A DNA stretch of 64,000 nt from Patescibacteria group bacterium (GTDB lineage Bacteria > Patescibacteriota > WWE3 > UBA101185 > UBA10185). Positions 57,269 to 64,000 of this stretch are shown here, piece by piece. How positions within the stretch are numbered: the first letter of the stretch is position 1; each line of letters starts with the position of its first letter. A program made the position numbers and the translations under genes. The stretch spans positions 602-64,601 of the forward strand of contig JBBAAW010000002.1 in the NCBI GenBank assembly GCA_041658075.1, given 5' to 3'. A model generated the notes under the pieces. The model ran no database searches. It was given only the letters and a program-made list of their open reading frames with translations, and had not been told where the DNA came from.

Positions 57269-58042
57269 CTAATCCTCAACAATCTCAACCGAATTTATAA
57301 CCATAGGAGTCAGCGGACGATCGTTTTGATCAACAGGTGTTTTTCCAATCTTCTCTACCACATCCATCCCACTTGTAACCTTTCCAAAAACCGTATGCTT
57401 GGTATCTAAATAATTGTTGGCAACCAAATTTATAAAAAATTGGCTCCCATTAGTGTTTAGACCGGAATTCGCCATCGCAATAGTACCTTTACTGTTAGAG
57501 TTGGGTGCAGTTAGCTCATCAGCAAACTTATAAGCAGGACCACCAATGCCCGTACCTAAAGGGTCACCGCCTTGAATCATAAACCCATCAATCACGCGGT
57601 GGAAAATAACATCGTCATAAAAACCTAAACGAGCGAGGTAAACAAAATTGTTTACGGTTTGCGGTCGATTTTTTACATTCAATTCAATTACAATGTCGCC
57701 CAAACTGATATCCCCCGTATATATTTTTAAAGTTGCCGTGTAATTTTTGCTCGCGTCGATCATCTCCACGGGAGCTTTTACCGCAATTTTCTGCTCAACT
57801 GTCATTTTTTGGTTCTCCTTTTTATCTAAATTTGGTTCTTGGGGCAACTCTTTTTGAGCACCCTTAACATTGTCGGTTGGAATATCTGAGACGACTGGTT
57901 TGGTCGTGGTGTTATTTTGCGCTACATAAGAACTATCGCCCCCTGGTTTTCCAAAAGCTTTAATTAAAATCACTAATAGTGCTACAAACACAACCCCACC
58001 AACAAAAAGCGCAATCTGTTTTAAAGTCGACCCTTTTTCCAT
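57269..58042 (-). CDS. Membrane-anchored cyclophilin-type peptidyl-prolyl isomerase
   Basis: FHRVIDGFMIQGGDP, AMANSG..TNGSQFFI and HTVFGKV motifs. Confidence 0.93.
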   Translation of the reverse strand: MEKGSTLKQIALFVGGVVFVALLVILIKAFGKPGGDSSYVAQNNTTTKPVVSDIPTDNVKGAQKELPQEPNLDKKENQKMTVEQKIAVKAPVEMIDASKNYTATLKIYTGDISLGDIVIELNVKNRPQTVNNFVYLARLGFYDDVIFHRVIDGFMIQGGDPLGTGIGGPAYKFADELTAPNSNSKGTIAMANSGLNTNGSQFFINLVANNYLDTKHTVFGKVTSGMDVVEKIGKTPVDQNDRPLTPMVINSVEIVED

Positions 58043-58080
58043 GCCGCCTATTGTCGCATTCTAAAAAACCAAAATCCACC

Positions 58081-58107
58081 AAAATCGGCTGGTGTTACCC
58101 AGCCGAT
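58081..58107 (-). terminator. Intrinsic terminator of the RRM gene
   Basis: Minus strand ATCGGCTGG-GTAACA-CCAGCCGAT-TTT. Confidence 0.7.
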
Positions 58108-58139
58108 AATGTTTCTGCTAATGCAGAATGGTGAGGAGA

Positions 58140-58493
58140 TTAGTATCGATTCCTAAATCCACCACCGCCACTTCCACCTCTTCTGTCTCCACCTCTGTCG
58201 CCACCAAAGCCACCTCTGCTACCACCGCCACCAAAATCTCTTTTTGGTCTTTCGGTCATTGGTCTGGCCTCGTTTACAACAAGAGCTCTACCTTCTAAAT
58301 CCTTTCCGTTCATTTCCGCAATAGCATTTTGTGCCATTTCCTCGGAAACCTCTACAAATCCAAAGCCTTTGCTCCTCCCGGTCATTCTATCAATAATTAC
58401 TGTTGCAACAACATCTCCGTAAGCAGCAAACAACTGCTTTAACGCATCATCATTGTAACTATAAGGCATATTGCCCACGTATAGTTTTGTCAT
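58140..58493 (-). CDS. RRM (RNP-1) RNA-binding protein with Gly/Arg-rich tail
   Basis: KLYVGNM (RNP2), KGFGFVE (RNP1), VNEARP, RGG repeats. Confidence 0.92.
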   Translation of the reverse strand: MTKLYVGNMPYSYNDDALKQLFAAYGDVVATVIIDRMTGRSKGFGFVEVSEEMAQNAIAEMNGKDLEGRALVVNEARPMTERPKRDFGGGGSRGGFGGDRGGDRRGGSGGGGFRNRY

Positions 58494-58651
58494 TTTTTTC
58501 TAGTATTCACCACCTTCTATAAAAATTATTTATTTTTCTAAAATCTGGGAAAAACAAAAAGATTTGGAAACCCTCGCTTTCTTGCATTTTAGAGCGGGTT
58601 TATTATAGCACACATCGTTGTGAGATAATTGCAAGCGTGGACGAGAAGTGA

Positions 58652-59080
58652 TTATTCGGACTTGGCACTCTTGTTGGCCGATGCTGTTTCCTGTGCTTTT
58701 TCCTCTGCAGGCTTCGCGGTGACGATACTTTCTTCCTCTGTTACTGGTGATTCCGGAATAGCGACAGTGCCACCAAAACGCTCTTTAACCTTAGTAGCCT
58801 GTCTGCCGACCTTCTGACGAAGGTAATAAAGCTTGGCGCGTCTAACTTTTCCGGTCTTTTCCACCACCAATTTTTCAATATTTGGCGAGGCTAAAGGAAA
58901 AATTCTTTCTACGCCAACGCCATTAGCCCCAATGCGTCGCACCATAAAAGTTTTAGAAACACCCTCACCTCTTTTAGAAATAACTATACCGGTAAAGGGC
59001 TGCGTTCTAACTTTGTTGCCCTCAATAATTTTGTAATGAACGGTAACCGTGTCACCCGCCCTAAAATCAGGTATTTTCAT
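58652..59080 (-). CDS. rplS: 50S ribosomal protein L19
   Basis: [16 protein letters not shown] and [12 protein letters not shown] motifs; acidic C-terminal extension. Confidence 0.95.
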   Translation of the reverse strand: MKIPDFRAGDTVTVHYKIIEGNKVRTQPFTGIVISKRGEGVSKTFMVRRIGANGVGVERIFPLASPNIEKLVVEKTGKVRRAKLYYLRQKVGRQATKVKERFGGTVAIPESPVTEEESIVTAKPAEEKAQETASANKSAKSE

Positions 59081-59095
59081 AACTTGGGAATAGTA

Positions 59096-61210
59096 TCAAA
59101 AATCCGCTTGTTGCACAACTGCTTTCTCTTTAACCGCCACTTTTATCTCATCTCCGTCCATAATTACATCTATGTCATCACCTTCTACCGCGTCACCCCC
59201 GATGATCATCTGGGATAGCTTATCCTCAACTTCCTTTTGAATAAGCCTTTTTAACGGACGTGCGCCATATTCGTCGCTATAACCCTCCTTAGCAAGCCAG
59301 TCTAAAACCGCATCTCCCACGCTTAAACTAACCTTTTTCTCTGTAAGCATTTTTTTAACTTTTTCCATTTCCAACGCCACAATTTTTCTTAAATCCTCCT
59401 TTGACAAACTAACAAACATAACCATTTCATCTATTCTATTTAGGAATTCAGGCTTAAAGGTGTCTTTGAGCGACTCTTTAATCTTTCTTTCCATTTCTTC
59501 CTTTTTGCTCTGGGACGATTCGCCTAACACCGCCCTTCCAAATCCAATGTCCGACTTTTTAAGAAGCTCGCTACCTACATTGGAGGTCATTATTAAAATA
59601 GTGTTCTTAAAGTCCACCACGCGGCCTTTACTGTCTGTAAGCCTGCCGTCCTCCATAATTTGCAAAAGAGAGTTAAATACATCCGGATGGGCTTTTTCCA
59701 CTTCGTCAAGCAAAATTACGCTATAGGGCTTTCTTCTCACAATTTCCGTTAGTTGGCCGCCTTCTCCATAACCAACGTATCCCGGAGGCGCGCCAATCAT
59801 TTTGCTCACAGTATGTTTTTCCATATACTCGCTCATATCAAGCCGCACTAGAGCGCTTTCGTTGCCATATAAAACTTCCGCCAAACTCTTGGCCAATTCT
59901 GTTTTGCCAACTCCCGTTGGCCCCATAAACATAAAAACGCCTATTGGTCTTTTCATATCGCGCAGTCCTGCCCGCGCTCGTCTTATGGCAGAACTTACTA
60001 CTTTAACTGCCTCGTTTTGATTAACCATACGCGCATGAATTAGCTCTTCCATTTTCATAAGTCGCTCTTTTTCTGCTAACGAGACTTCCTCCACCGGAAT
60101 ACCGGTCATCCTTGCCACCACCCTTGCTACAGCCTCCCGCTCCACCGTAGGTATTTCCTCTAGCTTGGTTTGCATCCAAATTTCCACTAGTTCTCCTTTA
60201 ACTCTTTCCAGCCCTTCCACCTGTTTTTTAACTTTTTGCGACTCCTCTTCTGAAAGCTGGGTTTTTTGCAGGTCTTTTAGATCTTTAAGCTGTTGTTCTA
60301 CGATTTTTAGGTTTTCCGGCTCCTTAACTTGGGAAAGACGCACTTGCGCGCACGCTTCGTCTATTACATCAATGGCTTTATCGGGTAAAAAGCGGTCAGA
60401 AATGTACCGGGACGCAAGTTTTACTGCGTATTCCAGTGCTGGATCACTGATTTTTACCCTATGATGTTGCTCGTACCTTTCCCGCAAACCTTTAACAATT
60501 TCTAAAGTATCTTCTTGGGAAGGTTCTTTTACTAAAATCGGCTGGAAACGCCTTTCTAAAGCGCCGTCCCTTTCAATGTATCTACGATATTCATCTAGTG
60601 TGGTAGCACCAACCAATTGAAGTTCCCCGCGAGCTAACGAGGGTTTTAAAATATTGGCGGCATCCATAGCCTCCGTGCTACCGCTTGCTCCCGCACCAAC
60701 CACCTGATGCAATTCATCAATAAACATAATAATTTGACCTTGTGCCTTAATTACTTCGCTTATAATATTCTTAAGTCGCTCTTCAAACATTCCTCTATGA
60801 TTGGTTCCAGCAATTATCGCCGTTAAATCCAAAGCAAAAATGCGTTTTCCGCGCAAAGGCTCCGGCACCTGTCCGCTAACAATTCTTTGTGCTAAACCTT
60901 CCACTATGGCGGTTTTTCCTACTCCCGGGTCACCAATTAGTACAGGATTATTTTTGGTACGACGACATAAAATGTGAACAAGTCGCTCAATTTCTTCTTT
61001 TCGACCAATTACCGGGTCAAGTCGGTCCATTTTTGCCTGATTTGTAAGGTCACGGCCAAATTTGTCAAGCAATGTTGCCGAACCTGACGACACTTGGGAA
61101 AGCTCAAAATTACACGCCTCACAAAGGGCTAAATAGACCTGTTTGCCGTCGATTAATTTATATGAAGTTATTGTAGCGGGATTTTGCCCGCATCTTTGAC
61201 AAATAACCAT
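59096..61210 (-). CDS. ClpE/ClpC-like Hsp100 ATPase with N-terminal Zn finger
   Basis: CQRC...LCEAC N-terminus; two AAA modules ([16 protein letters not shown]); IGF loop for ClpP docking. Confidence 0.9.
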   Translation of the reverse strand: MVICQRCGQNPATITSYKLIDGKQVYLALCEACNFELSQVSSGSATLLDKFGRDLTNQAKMDRLDPVIGRKEEIERLVHILCRRTKNNPVLIGDPGVGKTAIVEGLAQRIVSGQVPEPLRGKRIFALDLTAIIAGTNHRGMFEERLKNIISEVIKAQGQIIMFIDELHQVVGAGASGSTEAMDAANILKPSLARGELQLVGATTLDEYRRYIERDGALERRFQPILVKEPSQEDTLEIVKGLRERYEQHHRVKISDPALEYAVKLASRYISDRFLPDKAIDVIDEACAQVRLSQVKEPENLKIVEQQLKDLKDLQKTQLSEEESQKVKKQVEGLERVKGELVEIWMQTKLEEIPTVEREAVARVVARMTGIPVEEVSLAEKERLMKMEELIHARMVNQNEAVKVVSSAIRRARAGLRDMKRPIGVFMFMGPTGVGKTELAKSLAEVLYGNESALVRLDMSEYMEKHTVSKMIGAPPGYVGYGEGGQLTEIVRRKPYSVILLDEVEKAHPDVFNSLLQIMEDGRLTDSKGRVVDFKNTILIMTSNVGSELLKKSDIGFGRAVLGESSQSKKEEMERKIKESLKDTFKPEFLNRIDEMVMFVSLSKEDLRKIVALEMEKVKKMLTEKKVSLSVGDAVLDWLAKEGYSDEYGARPLKRLIQKEVEDKLSQMIIGGDAVEGDDIDVIMDGDEIKVAVKEKAVVQQADF

Positions 61211-61230
61211 ATTTTTAACTTAGCACATTC

Positions 61231-61257
61231 TTAGCACTTGTGCAACCCGTTTGCTAA
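61231..61257. promoter_or_regulatory. CIRCE-like (HrcA) operator upstream of the Clp ATPase
   Basis: TTAGCACTT-N9-GTTTGCTAA versus consensus TTAGCACTC-N9-GAGTGCTAA, 20 bp before the start codon. Confidence 0.7.
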
Positions 61258-61272
61258 TGTTACCAAACATAA

Positions 61273-63111
61273 CTAATGCTCCCAAACATCACCCACCATG
61301 GGGTCAGAGACCACGGGAACTTTTTTAATAATAAGCTCCCCAGCCCGCACCATTTCTTCTTGCTGACATATTGCCCAACGCTCCGCCTGATCCGCGCGAA
61401 CCTCGGTTACCACCTCATCGTGTACTGTATGCGTAATAGCGCCTTCAATACCCTCTTTTTTCATTCTCTCGCTTATAAAAACCAAGGCATACTTTATAAC
61501 ATCGGCATTAGTTCCCTGAATAGGGTGATTTTTAGCCTCCCGTTGAATTTGTCCAATTTTCTTTCTATAATCCGGGTCGCTAGGATCCGGTTTAGTATAC
61601 CAGCGTTTTCTGCCTGCCGGAGTAATACTCCATCCTTTTGCCACCGCATCATTAGCCACTTTATCTAAGAAATTTCGCACGTTGGGGTAAGAAGCAAAAT
61701 ATTTATTCATATAATCCGCACCTTCTTCTTTAGACACGGGCTTGCCGGTTTCTTGCTCAAGTCTTTTAGCTAAGCCCATGGGACCCATTCCGTACATCAA
61801 ACCAAAACCAATAGGCTTGGCAATCTGGCGAAGCTCCGGAAATTTCTTTTTAAAGTCGGACGTATACTCCTTATTAAACATCAAAGCTGCGGTATAAGAA
61901 TGAATATCCAGGTTATTTTTTAAAGCGTCTATCATTTTCGCGTCGCCTGAAAGATCAGCCAAAATTCTCATCTCCATGGAAGAATAATCCGTTACTACTA
62001 ATTTATAACCCGGAGCGGGTGTAAAACACCGTCTAAATGGTGCTTCCTCGGAATTTCTAGGAATCTGCTGTAAGTTGGGGTTAGAACAGGCAAAACGCCC
62101 CGTGGCAGCACCAAGCTGCATAAAGTCGGGATGTAGTCGACCGGTTTTCTTGTTAACTTTAGCGAGTAAGCTGTCACCAAAAGCACTGATGAGTTTTTCA
62201 TAAGCTCTGTAGTCGCGCAATATTTTTGCTACGGGATGACTTAAGCTCATTAAGATTTCGTCGCCCGTGGATGGAATCCCCAAATGAAGTTTGTTATTAA
62301 AAAGGTCTAGCAATTGCTGATTACTGTTTGTATTTATAACATCGGCGTGTTTTCCAAAAAGATCAATTTGGGTTGACTGGTATAAAGGTCGTACCGCTTC
62401 CTGAAAGTTATTTAGAAATTCTATTCTCTTTTTTCTAAGAACGGCTATAATGTCTCTCCATTTAGGCACATCAATATATATTCCATGTAACTCCATCTCC
62501 GCCACCACTGTAGTAACCGCAAACTCCAATTTAGCAATATTTATTAAATTCTCTTCCTGAAGTCGTTTGTACTGCGCTGTAAAAATTGGAAAAAGCACCA
62601 AAGTGTCTAAAGCGGAATATTTTAATTGTGACTCAGAGATTTGAGTTTTTAACTCCTCAAAAGACTTTCTGGTTGACTTATCAAGGCGTGTTTCTAAATA
62701 TTGTTCCGACAAATTTGCTAAGGATTGCGGGCGCTTTAATCCCGCTGTTAAAACACCTTCCGCCAGCATGGTGTCGTAAATATTATTGGCTTTTGCCCCC
62801 ACTTGAAGTTTTATAAATCCATAGTCAAATTTTCCGTTATGCATAATTTTTATTATCTTGGGATTTTCCAAAAGCTTAATTAGCGGTTCTACACCGTAAA
62901 GTGGCATAACTTGAGCGTCAAAAATATAACTTACTTCATCCGTGCCAATTTGCAAAAGTAGTAGCTTATCCGTGTAAGGATCCAAGCCCGTGCCCTCAAT
63001 GTCAACCCCAATCATTTGTTGTTTTTCCAAAACTTCTACCGCCTTAGCCAGTTGATCCATGTTGGTAATGTGTTCGTATTTAGGGTCGTTAAAACTAAAC
63101 TTGAGTTCCAT
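61273..63111 (-). CDS. polA: Family A DNA polymerase with 3'-5' exonuclease domain but no 5' nuclease domain
   Basis: VDIEGTG, HNGKFD and YSALD exonuclease motifs; TGRFACSNPNLQQIP, DYSSMEMRILA, RQIAK...YG, NHPIQG and TVHDE polymerase motifs. Confidence 0.88.
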   Translation of the reverse strand: MELKFSFNDPKYEHITNMDQLAKAVEVLEKQQMIGVDIEGTGLDPYTDKLLLLQIGTDEVSYIFDAQVMPLYGVEPLIKLLENPKIIKIMHNGKFDYGFIKLQVGAKANNIYDTMLAEGVLTAGLKRPQSLANLSEQYLETRLDKSTRKSFEELKTQISESQLKYSALDTLVLFPIFTAQYKRLQEENLINIAKLEFAVTTVVAEMELHGIYIDVPKWRDIIAVLRKKRIEFLNNFQEAVRPLYQSTQIDLFGKHADVINTNSNQQLLDLFNNKLHLGIPSTGDEILMSLSHPVAKILRDYRAYEKLISAFGDSLLAKVNKKTGRLHPDFMQLGAATGRFACSNPNLQQIPRNSEEAPFRRCFTPAPGYKLVVTDYSSMEMRILADLSGDAKMIDALKNNLDIHSYTAALMFNKEYTSDFKKKFPELRQIAKPIGFGLMYGMGPMGLAKRLEQETGKPVSKEEGADYMNKYFASYPNVRNFLDKVANDAVAKGWSITPAGRKRWYTKPDPSDPDYRKKIGQIQREAKNHPIQGTNADVIKYALVFISERMKKEGIEGAITHTVHDEVVTEVRADQAERWAICQQEEMVRAGELIIKKVPVVSDPMVGDVWEH

Positions 63112-63158
63112 GAGAGGATTATAGCATCACATGTATCCGTCATCCCGATACTTTACCT

Positions 63159-63377
63159 TCACCCTGAGTTTGGTTGGGAGAAATCGATGATACCGGACTT
63201 TTTAAGCATGGACAAAGAAATATACTGTGTAGAAGTAGCACTAACAGTTAGCGAAACGCTACGAAATTTCTCAAAAGCCATGTAATTAAATTGTGTAAGA
63301 TGAAAATCTGACCAGCACCGCTTCACGCCGTGGTAGAAATTACTTCCGTCAAAGAGTACTGTTGCGCGATCATTCAT
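63159..63377 (-). pseudogene. NYN-domain (PIN-like) protein remnant
   Basis: N-terminal VLFDGSNFYHG motif joined to a C-terminal-like segment; the middle is missing. Confidence 0.55.
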
Positions 63378-63497
63378 CTCAAATAAGGCAGGATAAATAA
63401 AGGCCCCTAGTTCCTGTTACAGAGCTAGGGGGGGTTTAGCAAGTTAACACATACATAATTACAAAGAAAATCGCTTTTGTCAAGACGACAATCTATG

Positions 63498-64000
63498 TTA
63501 TTTAAGAATTTCAGTAAGTTTTTGTCGGAGCGCCACAACATCGGGCTTTATAGATGCCAATCTCATTATCTGACCCAATAAAAACTCCAAGGAATTTTGC
63601 TTTCCGGCTTTATAGCTTTGCATCGCGGATTCGTTTTCTGCCAATACTTTTTTAATAATGTTATTGATGTCAACATCCTGCGTGGGTACTTTATCGGTGC
63701 TTTTCACCACGACGGATAAAAGATCGTCAACAGACATTTCTCTGTATCCTGGTTTATTTATTATCAAATTAGCGACTTTTTGCGGGTCGCCTGCCTTTTT
63801 AGCAACCGCCTCAAACTTTTTACTAAGGTTAATCCCGTTACCAGTGGAAAAAAAGTCGGCAGAGGCAGCATTCAATCCGTAGTCCTTTATCAACCGATTC
63901 TTTAACTGGTAAGGCAGTTCTGGGAGACGTTTTCTTAAGTCGGCAAAATAATTGTTATCAAAGACCATGGGCGGAATATCCGGATCCGGAAAATACCTGT
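63498..64000 (-). CDS. gatB: Asp/Glu-tRNA amidotransferase subunit B, 3' part
   Basis: RYFPDPDIPP at the window edge, LPELP, and YKAGK...FLLGQIM YqeY-like tail. Confidence 0.88.
   Translation of the reverse strand, partial: RYFPDPDIPPMVFDNNYFADLRKRLPELPYQLKNRLIKDYGLNAASADFFSTGNGINLSKKFEAVAKKAGDPQKVANLIINKPGYREMSVDDLLSVVVKSTDKVPTQDVDINNIIKKVLAENESAMQSYKAGKQNSLEFLLGQIMRLASIKPDVVALRQKLTEILK

Noticed and set aside
63402-63436. Hairpin CCCCTAG...CTAGGGG between gatB and the NYN remnant
   Set aside because: Adequately explained as an ordinary terminator or leader hairpin; no further structure seen.
1-64000. CRISPR array, rRNA, reverse transcriptase/DGR, integron integrase or prophage structural genes
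   Set aside because: No regularly spaced repeats and no corresponding protein motifs were seen in the window.

Overview
A 64-kb stretch of a small, AT-rich bacterial chromosome using genetic code 11. Gene content suggests Patescibacteria/CPR, possibly WWE3/Microgenomates-like (inference). It opens with a ~13.5-kb cluster of multi-pass GT-C-fold glycosyltransferases plus a GT2 enzyme. Housekeeping genes follow: hisS, rsmI, a HelD-like helicase, an RluB-like synthase, a Dus enzyme, typA, uppP, mgtA, rplS, a ClpE/ClpC-like ATPase with a CIRCE-like operator, a short PolA and part of gatB. Eleven dispersed CCA-encoding tRNA genes include an A34 tRNA-Leu(AAG). There is one IS481-family element and many deletion-type gene remnants. 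The most unusual observations are five. (1) A 5' half tRNA-Arg(UCG), an HNH endonuclease gene and a different intact tRNA-Arg(UCG) lie in tandem, resembling a tRNA-replacing homing cassette. (2) A type III hammerhead-like ribozyme with a U15.1:A16.1 core swap sits beside the IS. (3) Several small orphan-gene units share a 3' hairpin motif, and two also share a 5' leader; one unit lies between direct repeats of the tRNA-His 3' end. (4) Many genes look leaderless, and four start 3-6 nt after a tRNA CCA. (5) A 15-aa Lys-rich micropeptide has its own promoter, SD and terminator. All calls were made by eye from the sequence and the ORF track; no searches were run.
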